Counted from the first letter of the stretch, positions 39,301-51,632 are shown. The stretch is DNA of 64,000 nt from a virus (IMGVR_UViG_3300037478_000223:1-64000); one strand, 5' to 3'. Numbers and translations are program-made. Notes: a model not told the origin generated them from the letters alone.

Positions 39301-40530
39301 GGGTACCACCGTTCGTTGATGGCGTCGACTCCTGTGGCTGGCTGGCGTTTTGGGATGCTACCTATCGTCTCTCTTCTGTGGTTTTCGGTTTGCTGCCGGG
39401 CGTCGCGCTGGTGGGCGGTGAACGTTTCGCGCGTACCTGCTTGCCCGATGCCGGGCCATCCGCATCGGCACATGAACTTGCCGTCGCTCACGTCGCGGTG
39501 CTCATCGGTGCTCATCTCGCTCATCGCTGTACCCCCCGATCCGTCCCCTTGGGCTGCCGTGCGGCGTCCCATCCGGCCTTGAATGCCTCGTGCTCGCGAC
39601 GTAGCGCGGCCGGGTCGGCGCTCACCCCGTAGTCGGCGCGGTAGTCCGTCCACGCGCACGCCAGCTCGATCTTGTCATCGGTCATCTCGCTCACAGTCGG
39701 GTCTCCTTCGGGTCTGGCATCCCCGGCTCGGTCTCCCACTCGTCGTTCTGGATTGCCGATATCGCGATGTGGGCCGCCTGGTCGATGTCGTTCCACTCGC
39801 CGGAGGACCCGAAACCGATGTCGGTAAAGTCGTCCTCGCCAGGTCGCTGGCGCTGGATCGTGTACTCGATCCGGTACAGCGTCTCGTCCTCGCTCATCGG
39901 CTCTCATCCCCAAGTAGAGCGGTACGGATTCCGTCTGCGATGTGCGCGGCGCCGCGTGGGAGGCGTGCTATCGCGTATCGCTCGCGCTTGTACTTCATCG
40001 CATCTTCCCCGTTTCTTCCAGGAGACTGCCGGTGGGGCACGGCCAGTCGTGGGGCTCGTCGTAGCGGGGAGATCGGCAGGTCTTGCACACGTAGTAGGTC
40101 TTGCCGTGGGAGTCGGTTCCCTTGATGCGGGCGTGGATGGTGCGGAGACCGAGCATGAACTCACCCAGGTTCATCAGGGCGTCTTGCCATCCGCTGTCGT
40201 ACAGGGGGGATCGGGCGACGTCGGGGTGTCGGATGCGCCAGGCGGTTTCGCGGCGGTCGCTGAGTGGAACCGTGTCATGGTCGGGTTCGTCTGCTGGTGC
40301 GTCCTTCTTGTTTGCTGGGGTGTAGGGGTTGGCGGCGCGCATGGCGTCTTCGATGATGCGCATGATCTGGGCGGCGTGTGATCCGGTCATGGCGCGGGCC
40401 CCCTCTTCCCATGCCTGTTCCTTGATCCGCTCGTCGTGGTGGTGAAGCCATTCGCCGATGTGGCCGAGGATGCGGTTGTCCGGGCCGAGGACGGCCATGC
40501 GTCCACCGTCGAACTTCACTGTCAGGTCAG

Positions 40531-40965
40531 TCATCGCGGGTCTCCATCCTGGGCCGTGCGGCGGGCGCGGCGAGTGGTGAGCTTGTTGATTGCTCGTTCG
40601 GCGTCCGATGAAGGGGCGGCGGTGTCGGCCAGGCCGTGTGCGGCGGCTTCACGGCCGGTCGCGAAGATGGGTACCGGGGTGGTGTAGTCCGCCACGGCGT
40701 CGGCCGTTTCGGGGGTGATGTGTCCGCTCATTTCGGCGACGCGTAGAGCCAGGGAGTGGGTCATGTCGTGGCAGGCTGCCCAGCCGCCGCATACGTGTCC
40801 GTTGACCTGGTGGCACAGGAAGATCCCGGAGGGCTGTGCGGGGGTGTCTCGGTCGTAGGCGGGCAGCTTGGCGTATTCGTCGGGGTGCCAGACGCCCGAG
40901 GGGACGTCACGGCGGTAGGGGCACGTGCCACATGGGTTGGCGGCTGGCGGCTTGATGGTGGTCAC
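40531..40965 (-). CDS. DUF6283-like Cys-rich protein
   Basis: PCGTCPYRRDVPSGVW...EY.KL..YD...FLCHQ...CGGW. Confidence 0.6.
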   Translation of the reverse strand: MTTIKPPAANPCGTCPYRRDVPSGVWHPDEYAKLPAYDRDTPAQPSGIFLCHQVNGHVCGGWAACHDMTHSLALRVAEMSGHITPETADAVADYTTPVPIFATGREAAAHGLADTAAPSSDAERAINKLTTRRARRTAQDGDPR

Positions 40966-42275
40966 TGTCCGTGTCCTGTCTTGTTGATCAGGTTCATGAT
41001 GGCGTGTGTCTGTTCTTCGACCTCGGGGGCTGTGAGGCAGTTCTCTGCTGCGTCGGTGTCTTCCAGTGCGGCGCGGACCTGGTCGAATGTGAGTGTGGTG
41101 TCCGGGGTGAACTGCGACCACTCGCCCTCGTGGGCGATGTGGGCGCCGTCGTGGGTGACGCACGCGAACATGCCATCCGGGCCGACCACGCCGCGTGCGA
41201 GCTTGGTTCCGTCTTCGTCACAGGTGATGGCTGCGGTCCCGGGCGTGCCGATGTCCCAGAGGGGTACTTCACGGGTTGCTGAGACCACGCGGTAGTCCAT
41301 GGTCCCGTTGTCGGTTTGGGTGCCGACGTCGGTGACGACGATGACAACGGTGTCTCCGGCTCGGATGTTGTCCTCGGGGACATCGATGGTCTTGGTGTTC
41401 ATGGTGTTTCCCTCTCTCCGCATACGACACAGCGGGATGTCAGTTCCTTGGTGCGGGGGTCGCCGTGGGGGCGGTAGGCGTGCTTGCCCTGGCAGGGGTC
41501 GAACTCTTCGGCCGTGAACTCCGAGCCGCATCCGCCGCGCTTGCCGCAGATCCAGCCTTCGGCGCCGTCGTAGTTCAGGAAGTGGGGGCAGACGGGGCAG
41601 CGTGGCTCGCCGTGCCGGTTCCTCTCCGGCTTCCTGGTCGCGTCTCGTTGGCTGGTCACGGGTTCGGCCTTTCGTGTCGCGTGTGGTTGAGGGCGTTCAG
41701 AATGTCGCGTGCGGCTTGCTGGTCGATGTCCAGGTGCCATGTGTCGGAGTAGGCGTGCCGGTCGGTGATGACCTTGCCTTTGGTGAACTGTGCGAGCGCG
41801 TTCATCAGGTCGATCGCGGCTTCCTTGCTCGCGGTGACGCGGGCTAGCCGGTCGTCGAGTTGGGCGCGCAGTTCGGGGGTGTCTTCGCGGTGGCTCATCG
41901 TCCATACACCTCCACCAGGATTCGCGCGTCACGGTAGGTGGTCTCTGTGATGTTCCGGCTGACCGCGAACGCGTGGCCGAACTTCCATCGGCGGGTGTTG
42001 CGGAAAGCGACCACGGAGACGCCGGAGTCGAACATGTGCTTGCCGTGCCCGTACGCGCTGACCTTGTGCGGTTCGTCGGTCACGGTGACTTCGCGGCCCA
42101 TGGTGCGCATGAAGTCTGCTGTGGCGAGTACGAAGTCACGTGCGGTGCGGTACCGGTTGCGCAGTCGGACGGTTCCGTACTCGTCTCGGGTGAGGGAGGT
42201 GGGGAGTGGTCCGGTGAAGTTCGATGGGTTGGTGCCCATGGTGGCCTCCGTGGTTGGTTGTTCCCGACACCAACT

Positions 42276-42316
42276 ATGTTACACACATGAACGGCCTACC
42301 GCAACATCAGCGTTGC
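42276..42316 (-). promoter_or_regulatory. operator-promoter unit embedded in 17-bp inverted repeat
   Basis: GCAAC-ATCAGC-GTTGC 42301-42316; TTGCGG-N17-TAACAT. Confidence 0.9.
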
Positions 42317-42351
42317 GGTAGGCCGTTCGGTGCGTGGGACCTGATCACGGG

Positions 42352-43212
42352 CTACTTCGGGATGGGGAACGTGTCCTTCGTCCACGCCTTGCCTCGGGGG
42401 CGTTGGTAGCGGATGATTTCGCGGCCTTCCCGGCGTGCGTTCCACGCCTGGATCATCCATCCCAGGGCGTCACGCTCGTGGATGCGCTCGTGGATGGCCT
42501 TGGCGTGTAGGAATCGCTCGCGGAGGCTGTTGGTGGGGTCTCCGATGGGTAGGCCGCCGTCTGCGATGTCGTGGATGAAGGTGTCTGCCTGGTCGGTGTC
42601 GATTTCGCGGAGGCGGGATGCGATGGCGATGGTGACACGGGGGGGTGCTTGGATGCGGCGGCATGGGTTGTACAGGTCTTCGACTGTCTTGATGTGGCCC
42701 GGGTGGGCTTCCAGCCACGTATCAAGGTGCGCGTCGGAGATCTCGCCGTGCGTTTCGGTGAAAATGTCGCCCCGCTTCCAGCGCATGCGGAATCGGGCCG
42801 ATGATGACACGAAGTTGCCGTTCGGGATGCCGTCCATCAGGAGTTGTTCCCCGTGGATGCGAGCGCGCCCCCGGTCGATGCGTCGTTGCGCGTCGGTGGG
42901 GAGGCCGGTCATGACGGCCATGACCAGTTCTGTTCCGGCGCGGGCGAGGGCGGTGAGGCGGTGCTGTCCGTCGATGAGGCGGCCGTCTGTGTCGAATGCG
43001 AGGGTCGCTGAGGTGATGCCCCATAAGGCGTCTCGCATGTCGGATTCATACTTTGCGACGGAGCGGGCAGATAGGTTGCGGTTGCGGTCGTTGTGGGTCA
43101 GCCACGAGATTGCGTCTTGGCGGCTGACGAGAACCCATTGGAGGGTTGGGGTGTAGGCGATGCGGTCGATGAGGTGTGCTGGGGTCGCGTCGGAGACGCG
43201 GATGGCTGTCAC
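42352..43212 (-). CDS. ParB/Srx-like N-terminal domain protein (DGQHR)
   Basis: NRNLS...V.KY..DM....W; FDTDGRLIDGQHRLTAL. Confidence 0.7.
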   Translation of the reverse strand: MTAIRVSDATPAHLIDRIAYTPTLQWVLVSRQDAISWLTHNDRNRNLSARSVAKYESDMRDALWGITSATLAFDTDGRLIDGQHRLTALARAGTELVMAVMTGLPTDAQRRIDRGRARIHGEQLLMDGIPNGNFVSSSARFRMRWKRGDIFTETHGEISDAHLDTWLEAHPGHIKTVEDLYNPCRRIQAPPRVTIAIASRLREIDTDQADTFIHDIADGGLPIGDPTNSLRERFLHAKAIHERIHERDALGWMIQAWNARREGREIIRYQRPRGKAWTKDTFPIPK

Positions 43213-43498
43213 GGGGTGGTTCCTTCCATGGGTGGGTGAGTGTGTCGGGTGTCACGCTACTACTGATATGCGAGGATGCGCGCGAGTTCTCTCGCGTACC
43301 GCATGGCTGCTTCCTGGTCTTGGTACCCGAGGGATGCGACTAGGCAGACGCCATCGGGGATGGCTGATGGCTTCCAGACGCTCCAGGTGGTGTTGTTCCG
43401 GTCGCGGGTGACGTGCACCTTGGGGTGTGTCTCGCAGGACCGGAGTCCTCCGGGCCCGCAGTCGTGTTTGCTGGACGGTGTGGCAGGCATGGTTCTCC

Positions 43499-44128
43499 CT
43501 AGAGCATGGCGGCGTCGATGGCCATGTAGTTGACGCGGTAGGCGAAGCAGTAGCGGGACTTGCCGTTGTCCTGGATCTTGAACCATGTCGAGTTCGGGAT
43601 GTCGGAGTTTCCTGCGTTCATGACGACGGAATCACCGGTGAATGCTGCCACAGGGACATCGTTCTGTGTCTTGATCACGGCCAATCGTTCCTGACCGGTG
43701 AACAGGTCCGAGAAACGGCGCTTCAACACGTTCAGCCAGGGTGTGGCCGGGTCGGTTGAGGTGACCGCGATGTCGATATTCTCGCGGGGGATCAGGGCGA
43801 CACCGGTCTCACATATGAGGGTGGATGACCCGACGATGTCTACGATGTTGTTTCCCACGGAAATGGACATGACGGAACCCTTTTTCGTGCTGTCTCCGTC
43901 GTGGACGTCAGATGTGGTGTTCCGGAACGGGTACACGCTTTTTCCGGTGATGCTTGCCGTGGTCTGCCCTGAGTTGTTGTCGTAGGTCCATATGGTGGCC
44001 TCGCGGCCCTCCCATTGGGCGATAGCGTCGTCTACAGCGAACTCGGCGGGTTCGCATCCGGCGAGGCTCAGCGCGGGGCCGATGACGGCCAGGACGGCGG
44101 TGGCGATGATCTTGTGGGCGCGCTTCAT
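43499..44128 (-). CDS. phage lipoprotein, DUF5052-like
   Basis: Signal peptide with LAGC lipobox; TIWTYDN; VIKTQ..VPVAAF.G.SV. Confidence 0.6.
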   Translation of the reverse strand: MKRAHKIIATAVLAVIGPALSLAGCEPAEFAVDDAIAQWEGREATIWTYDNNSGQTTASITGKSVYPFRNTTSDVHDGDSTKKGSVMSISVGNNIVDIVGSSTLICETGVALIPRENIDIAVTSTDPATPWLNVLKRRFSDLFTGQERLAVIKTQNDVPVAAFTGDSVVMNAGNSDIPNSTWFKIQDNGKSRYCFAYRVNYMAIDAAML

Positions 44129-47100
44129 GATGTTCCTTCGTGTGTCTGGTCAGTGGTCGTGGTGCGGGAGTGGGTAGTCGTCGGTGACGTCTTCGGGGCG
44201 CGTATATCCGAATGCGGTGTACATGGCATCTGTGGCGGCGTTCAGTGCGTCGATGGTAGCGATGACGGCTCTGGCTGCACGGAGCTTCATGAGGCTCTTG
44301 GATGTCTGCACTCCGCAGACGAAGATGACTGCCAAGGCGATCACGCTTATCCACCATGCCCGGGAGTGTGCCGTGTTGAGCAAAACGGTGGTGAGCGCGG
44401 CACCGTTGATAAAAGACCAGAGAATCAGCTTTGCTGTGTTGATTCGTCGGGCCCGTACCCACATGGTGCGTTTGTGGGTGGCGTTGGCGCGGAGGGCTTT
44501 CAAGCGCTCGTTCATGGACGGTTCGGTCACGGGTTTCCTGACTGCTCGCATGCCCAGTTGGCGAGCGCACCGGCGCGGCGGAAGTAGGGCGACTGGGATA
44601 CGGCATCCATGGCGTCCCAGTCGTGGCCGTCTGATTCGGCGATGACGCGGGCGATGTCTTCGTGGATAGCGTGGGTCAAGAAATTGGATTCCAATGGTTC
44701 GTGCGGTGCCTCAGATCGTGCTCGGTCTTTCAGGTAGTCGAGTACTGGCATTTCGTCAGGGGCTCCGCGTACGGGAGCCTGACGGGGCACGTGCAGGCGT
44801 CATCCTTGGTCTTGGCGCCTTCGGCAAGGTTCGGGCAGTCGCCATCGGTTCCGTCCGGCCATCGGTCGTGCGGATGGTTTCCTTCCTGGCACATGCGGCA
44901 CATGGTCATCATGAGGCAGCCATTATGTTTCTTCTCGCATGCGTTCGGAGATGCCCCAGAGCAGTTCGATCAGGTCATCCCTGGTGAACGTCTGGTTCGG
45001 CGGGACCTGCTGCTCTACCTGGTCGATCAGTTTGTCGATCAGGTCGGCGGTGCGTGCCGCAACGAGCATCCTGAACACGTTCTGTTTCCTGCGGTTCAGG
45101 TCTACGTCGTCTGAGGGGAGGGTCATGCGTCCTGGACCAGGACGACCGTCGTGGCGCCACGGACGTCGGCGCGGTCGCTGTAGTACGGGCAGCCGTATTC
45201 GTCCGGGGTGTCCGGCTCGCCGGGCGCCGGGGTGATCTTGACCAGGCCCGAACGGGGCTTGGGCTCGAAGATGCGCCACTGCCCGTTGCTGTCGATGGGC
45301 GGTATGACCGTCAGGTGTGAGATCACCGGGTAGTCGTCGTCAGCGATCGACGTCACCTCCAGGATGACAGGGTCGCCTTCGTCCCCCGGGATGTCGGTGA
45401 GATCGATCTGTTGGTCGAACTCGCCAGTGACCTGTATGACGTGGTCTGACACGCCGTAGATGTGTATCCATGTGGGCATCTGACTTCACCTTTCCTCTCG
45501 TGGACTCCCCAGCGTAGGACGCTGGTTGCGGATGAGCCTTTCGAGTTCGATCGGGTTCGCTACTTGGTCTCCGTGTCGTGCGGTCCGAGTAGATGAGCGA
45601 CAACGACGGACAGTGGCGCGTTAACCCAAGGTCCGGCGTCGGCCGGGCGGTTCTTGTCGATCGCGCCGATCTGTTCCAGCTCGCGACCTGCCTTCTCCAC
45701 GTCGAGCGCGGCTGCCACCGTGGCGCGGGCGATCAGGTCCTCGGGGTCGTAGGCGTCGGATCGGTCAATCAGTGCCTCGGTCGCCCGCCGGATGCACTCG
45801 GTGATCTTCACGTCAGCGGCTCGGGTCGCGGGGCCAGTGGGCTTATCGTTCATCGGCTGGTGTCCTCGCTGGTGACGTAGTTGATGGAGTCAACGTGCGC
45901 GTCAGAGACGCGACCGGTGATGATGCGCCACATCAGGATGAGGCGACCGGTCAGGCGCGTGCGGGTGGGGATGCGCAGTGAGTAGAGCGTGTGGCGTTCC
46001 CGGGCCGGTGGCTGCCAGGTGTTGACTTCGATAAATGCGGCGGTCGGGTTGCCGTCGTCGTCGCGCTTGGTGGTGAGGGTGACGAACCCGTGTCCCTCCC
46101 AGGTAATCATGCCGCCTTCATCCACCTGGACCATGCAGCGCAGCCGCCCGGAGCTTGCTTTCGGGACACGGTGGGTGATGTCGTCAGTCATCGGCTTGTG
46201 CGGTCTGGTCATCGGCTTGCCTCCATGGCGTGGGTGTTCTCGTAGTGGGCTTGTGCGGCCTGTTCGATGTCGTGCGGGAAACCCTCCGCGTGCCAGCCTT
46301 GGTTCTGTGCGTCGCGGTCGGTGAAGCCTCCGCGTCGGGCTGCCTGGTAGCAGGTGGAGCAGTGCGCCACGGCATGGCCTGTGCCGAGGCGGGCGAGCTT
46401 GATCCCTCGGTCTTCCCAGTAGGCGGCGGAGTGCACGGCGTGGCCTGCTGCCGAGAGCGTCTGCCGGATGTAGGTGAGAGCGGCGTTCCCGGTTTCGGTG
46501 CGTGTGGTGGTCATTCCGGGTTGACCTCCTGGTTCATCTGCCGGATGTCGATTGTGCGGATTTCGATGGTGTTGAGGAACACGAGCCCGTCACTCACTGA
46601 GACGCCGGTCCAGTCAGATTCGACGATCGATCTAAGTACTTCTTGGTAGGTTTCGGCCTCGACAGGGATGGGGATGATGTAGGTTTCCCCGCTCTTCATC
46701 TTGATTGTCACGTGGTAAGTGTTCATCGACGCCTTTTCCGTTCAGTCGTCGTGTTGATCATGAAGATGATGACCGGTCCGCCGAGCACGAGTGCCACGCC
46801 GATGAGCGCGCATACCCAGATGGGGAGGTTCAGGAGTAGCGAGACAAGAGCTGCGATCGTGCCACTGAGGACTACTCTGAGAAGGGTGATTTCCTGTGCT
46901 TGGGTCATGGGGTGGTCTCCGGTGCGGTGAGTTTGGTTGAGATTTCAACTGGTATGCCGATGGCCTCGTGGATGGCCTGGTAGATGCCGTCCGTGATCAG
47001 AGAGGCCATGACGTAGCCGGGCGGTGTGGGGGTCTTGGTGTGCATGGTCAGGAACGCGATGCGCAACACCAGGTGTTCGCAGTCGACCGACCAGACGCCG

Positions 47101-47236
47101 TTCGCGGCCTCGGCGCGTGCCGTGGCGAGGCTGTCCCACAGGCAGCGCAGTTCGAACGCGACAGGATCAGGCTGGGGGTTTTCGGCTGCTTCGTTCGCCG
47201 TCATCCACGCGGTGTAGGCGACCGGTCTTGATGGAT

Positions 47237-47824
47237 TCATGGGCGCGTTGTTCCTGTCGGCATGGCGTTTTCGGTGATCGGGTGTGCGTCGGTGGGGATG
47301 CCAGCGGCTTCCAGTTCCGCCAGGAAGTCATCCCTGTTTGGGATGCGCGGCGGTAGAACCTGGGGGGTCTTCTTTGGCTTCGGGATGGCGTACTGAGCCA
47401 GTTCCGCGAGCGTGCGCCCGTTCGCTTCGATGGCCTGACGCGGAGCGCCCATCACCATGATGTCGGCCTGGTGGGTCGCATCATCGGCAGTGAGCCCGTC
47501 GCCAACACCCTGGTTCCACGCTCTGATCCACTGGCGCTCGCGGCTGCTGTCGTCCGCGAGGTCGCGGGGCGGCAGCCGGTCTTTCTCCATGCGGCTGATG
47601 ACGTCGTTGCGCAGCTTGCGGACCGTGTGGCGCACGTCGGCGGGGGTCACCCATCGTTCTGCGCCGGTGCGGTAGGTGATGAGTTCCCGGGCGGCTGCCG
47701 TGGAGTCGTTGAACCGGATGTCTTCCAGGGCCAGGGCCCAGACGTCAGCTTGGTCTTGCTGGACGTGCATGAGTCCGGCGGCGGAGAGGATGCCGATGAG
47801 TTTGAGTGCTTCGGTCTTGTTCAC
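47237..47824 (-). CDS. replicative helicase loader/inhibitor-like protein
   Basis: MN..EA.KLI..LSA....W..AL.DI...D...A...L; follows replication initiator. Confidence 0.55.
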   Translation of the reverse strand: MNKTEALKLIGILSAAGLMHVQQDQADVWALALEDIRFNDSTAAARELITYRTGAERWVTPADVRHTVRKLRNDVISRMEKDRLPPRDLADDSSRERQWIRAWNQGVGDGLTADDATHQADIMVMGAPRQAIEANGRTLAELAQYAIPKPKKTPQVLPPRIPNRDDFLAELEAAGIPTDAHPITENAMPTGTTRP

Positions 47825-47876
47825 AACGCTTTAGGCCCCTTCCATGGTTGTGGTTGATGGTGTCCCGACAACATGT

Positions 47877-47917
47877 ACGTTACACGCCTGCCCGGTGTGG
47901 TGCAACGTTGCCGTTGC
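47877..47917 (-). promoter_or_regulatory. operator-promoter unit
   Basis: GCAAC-GTTGCC-GTTGC 47902-47917; TTGCAC-N17-TAACGT. Confidence 0.85.
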
Positions 47918-47922
47918 ACCGG

Positions 47923-49050
47923 TTAACCGGCCGTGACCTGCCGCAACAGATCCATCGGGGATGCCTCGATCGCCGGTCCCTCGGACGTGGCAGCACCCTG
48001 AGCCGCTTCTCGTTCCAGGCGCTCCATCTCTGACGTCAGGATCGCCTTACGCCGGTCCATCGGGCGCATCGACGCGCCGCCGTCTCGCGCACGGACGGCC
48101 TGAGCCTGCATCTTGGCGTAGTTCTTCCGCAGCGAAGCGGCCCCGAGGATCACCCCGGACCAGAACTGATCCGCACGCGCCCAGTCGATCGCAGCGCGAA
48201 CCTTCTCGGGGCTACGCCCGTCGATGTCCACGAGCCTGCGCATCGTGTCGAACGCGTTCTTGCTCGCCTTCGGGCGCTCGCCGGTGCACTGCTGCACGGA
48301 CTCGGCCAGGTACTCCAGGAGTTCGAGGATGTCCGGCCGCGCGTCCGCTACGCCCTTCCACGCGGCCTGCTTCGGCTTGGAAGCGCCCGGGGCGTCATGG
48401 CCGGGTGCGGGGACGTCCTGGACGTGCTGGGGCGCCTCTGCGTGGTTGTGGCCGTCAGCGCGAGAGCGTCCGCACCGGACGCACCCGGGGGCGTCTTCGT
48501 CGGCGTCTTCGTCGATGGTGGGTTGCGTCGGCCCTGCCGCGTCAGCGGCCGGGGGGAGATCCGCGTCAGCGGTTCGAGGGGTGTCGTTCTTCCACTGGCT
48601 CTCGTTCAACTGGCTCTCGTTCTTTCCCTCCCCACTTACTGGGGAGGCCCCCTCCCCACTTACTGGGGAGGCCCCCTCCCCACTTACTGGGGAGGCTGCC
48701 GGGTCCGGTGCGAGGGGGATGACTTCGACCGTGTAGCTCGTTGAGGTCTGCATCCCGTTGTCGCGGAATCGCAGTTCACGGGTCAGGGCTCCGGCCGTGA
48801 CCAGTTCGGCAAGCCACTTGTCGATCGACGTCAACGAGACGCCCGTTTCTCCCAGGGTGCGGCCGGGCATCCTCTCGGCCAGGGTCTTGCGCTTGGGCCA
48901 CGCTTCGTCGTCCGTGTTCGCGTAGCGGGCCAGGAGTGCGTACAGGCGCATGGCTCCGTTGGAGATGTTCGGGTCCATGATGATCCACTCGGGGATCTGC
49001 GCGAATCGGACTCGTGCCCGGACTCCAACGCGTTCGTGGCTGTCGGCCAT
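47923..49050 (-). CDS. HTH replication initiator (lambda O/DnaD-like architecture)
   Basis: FAQIPEWI..D..IS.GA.RLYALL.RYA...AWP.R.TLA N-terminal wHTH; C-terminal AIDWARADQFW..VI.....LRK.Y. Confidence 0.8.
   Translation of the reverse strand: MADSHERVGVRARVRFAQIPEWIIMDPNISNGAMRLYALLARYANTDDEAWPKRKTLAERMPGRTLGETGVSLTSIDKWLAELVTAGALTRELRFRDNGMQTSTSYTVEVIPLAPDPAASPVSGEGASPVSGEGASPVSGEGKNESQLNESQWKNDTPRTADADLPPAADAAGPTQPTIDEDADEDAPGCVRCGRSRADGHNHAEAPQHVQDVPAPGHDAPGASKPKQAAWKGVADARPDILELLEYLAESVQQCTGERPKASKNAFDTMRRLVDIDGRSPEKVRAAIDWARADQFWSGVILGAASLRKNYAKMQAQAVRARDGGASMRPMDRRKAILTSEMERLEREAAQGAATSEGPAIEASPMDLLRQVTAG
48626..48697. repeat. three 24-bp iterons, each containing CCTCCCCA-CTTAC-TGGGGAGG palindrome (candidate origin)
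   Basis: CCCTCCCCACTTACTGGGGAGGC(C/T) x3 inside initiator linker. Confidence 0.85.
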
Positions 49051-49247
49051 GTTCCACCTCTCTGCGTCGAGAGTGGTAGCAGCAACCCAGCGTGAGCATG
49101 TAGACTTCTCACGTTCATCAGGTTTGGAGTGCTCTACCACTCGAATCTAGGCCGGACCCCGTAGCGGGGGTCCGGCCTGAACTTTTTCCTGACGGTCAGC
49201 GTACATGCCGCAGCAGGGTTCGTCGCGCGACGCGTGGAGTGTGTCAG

Positions 49248-49288
49248 GCAACATCGAAGTTGCACGTCGGGGCTGTGATCTGTAACGT
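49248..49288 (+). promoter_or_regulatory. operator-promoter unit
   Basis: GCAAC-ATCGAA-GTTGC; TTGCAC-N17-TAACGT; drives 49332-49601. Confidence 0.9.
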
Positions 49289-50204
49289 AGTGGGTGTCAG
49301 GGAACACCACCACCGAACAGGGAGACACGACATGGCCACCACAATCAACTACCCGCCCGAGTCCGTCTGGAATCTGATGGGCGAGTGGTACCCGGTCCCC
49401 GAGGCCAGCACCAACTACGCGAACCGCACCCCCGAGGAGAACACCCTGCGCGTCGGCCACGAGAACCCCCACGGCAGGACCGTCACCCGACTGGAGTTCA
49501 CCCCCAGCATCGCCGGAGTCCCCGAGCAGGTCCGCGAAACCTGGACCGGCCCGGACGGCAAGGACTGGTCCGCCATCCACCACGCCGGGCCGGTGCGCTG
49601 ACCGGCCACGCGCCCAGACGTGAGAAGGGGCCACCTCGCAACCTGCGAGGTGGCCCCTTCTCACGTGCGCTCAGCTTGCCGACGTCTGGTGCGGGCGAGG
49701 CTTCAAGTTCAGGCGCCACGCCGAGAACTCCCCCGGCTTGCGTCCCTGAGTCTTACGTCCCGGACGCATCAACTCAATCCAGCCCCCATCCTCCAGAACC
49801 TCCATCACCGGATCCACGAGCGCCCCAATCTCCGCCGGAGACTGGTCGGTCCGGCCCGTAAGCACCCCGGCAAGGCGCCGCGCCCCCAGCTTGTACCGCA
49901 AGAACGTCTCACTCTGGGTGTTCGTGTACCGCATCGCGCCCGCGATCATCTCCACGAACACCAGCCGTGCCGCGTCGTCGGTCAGCATGTTGGACGCCAG
50001 CGCAGCCGCCATGATTTCGGTCTTCAACCGAACGTCAAGCGTCTCCTTGACAGGCTCTTGACCAGCAACGTTCTCAGACATCGTGGTTCCCCGTTCATGA
50101 GTGGTGTAAGTGTCACCTCAATGCTCTCACGAGCCCAGAACCTCCCAGAAACGCCCAACCATGGAGACACCCGCACACCCTCCGACACGTGTGACGCGCG
50201 ACAC

Positions 50205-50245
50205 ACAACGCCCGTGTTGCGGGCATCACGGAGAGTCCGTAACGT
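50205..50245 (+). promoter_or_regulatory. operator-promoter unit (1 mismatch)
   Basis: ACAAC-GCCCGT-GTTGC; TTGCGG-N17-TAACGT. Confidence 0.8.
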
Positions 50246-51632
50246 CATCCGGGACAGTCGGGAACACGACGAACAGGAGAAACACATGACCCGTCACACG
50301 GCACAGGACATGGCCGACGCCGCGCGCGACGCTCTCAACGAAGCCATCGCGAACACGGTGAGCACCATGCGCCGGTACGCCGACGAGATCGAACGCGACT
50401 GCGCCCGAACCAGCATTCCCGCCAACCGTGCCTCTGCGGCGCTCGCTGGCATCGGGCACATGATGACCAACATCGACATGCGCGGCATTGCCTACTGGGC
50501 TGCCTGCGAGGCCAGTGACACAGCCGAGGCCGACGCCGCCAAGACCGGGAAGGGCGACGCCTGATGGGTTACACCTACGAGACACGCGACGCCGTCGCCA
50601 CCATGGTCCGCGCGGCGGTCCCCCACGATGGTCACTACGACATCGAAGCCATCACGGCCTACCTCTGGATGAAGACGGATGTGAACTCAGGGTTCATGGA
50701 CGTCACCGTGGGTGAGTTCTGGGATGTCGTGGACAGCAACCGTATCGACCTGCCGCAGCTTCGATCCACGGCACATCTCGTCGCCGCTATCGTCTTCCAG
50801 AAGAACGCATCGATCCTGTCCGACGTCTACGAGAAGCCGGAGGGCATGACCGCACCGGTGTACCGCGTCGACGTGGAGCACGAGAACGAGAACCGGCAGT
50901 GGCACATCAAGTTCATCGACGTTCAGCGCAACTCGCCCGTGGTGAAGATCTTCGAGATCCTATCTGTGGGCTCCGAGCCGCCGTACGACGAAGAAGAGGT
51001 CATGACGACCGATGACGCGACACAGGCACTCGCCAAGCTCGCTGAGTTGCTGTCGTGACTCGCGCATGAACCGAACCAGCGCGTGAGGCCGCGCACCTGC
51101 AATTTGCAGGTGCGCGGCCTCACGTGCATCCAACGAAGGAAGGAACGGCAACCATGCAACACGAACACCGCACCGAGGCGATGGATGAACTTGCAGCCGC
51201 CGTCGCGTGCATCCGTCGCGCTGGCGTGCACCTGGTCCAGTCCGGCGACATCGACACCGGCCGCGACGATGTTGCAACCCGGTCCATGTCAGGCGTCATC
51301 ACGGCATCCGAGAGGTGGTGCGTGGAAGCGCTGGTGGCGATCAACGCTCGCATGCCCGAGCGCGTGCCTGCATGACATTGAGTGCATGCAGGCACGCGCA
51401 CGCCACCGGATGCAGGTAACCGGGGTGCATGCACCTCGGGATACATAAGGGGACCCTGGCCACCCGCCAGGGTCCCCTTCCACTCACTCACACTCACACC
51501 CGAAGGAACGAAGGGCGTGCACGGCCAAGACTAGTGCACCAGAGTCGGTGAACGGGATGCACGTCACGAGCCCTTGCAGGCACCCGGTTGCATGCAATCG
51601 GGTGCCTGCAACGCTGCACCTGCAAGAAGAGA

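Larger units (their letters stand above)
36407..47240 (-). other. dense array of small leftward hypothetical phage genes
   Basis: Many 60-200 aa ORFs coupled by overlapping stop/start codons. Confidence 0.75.
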
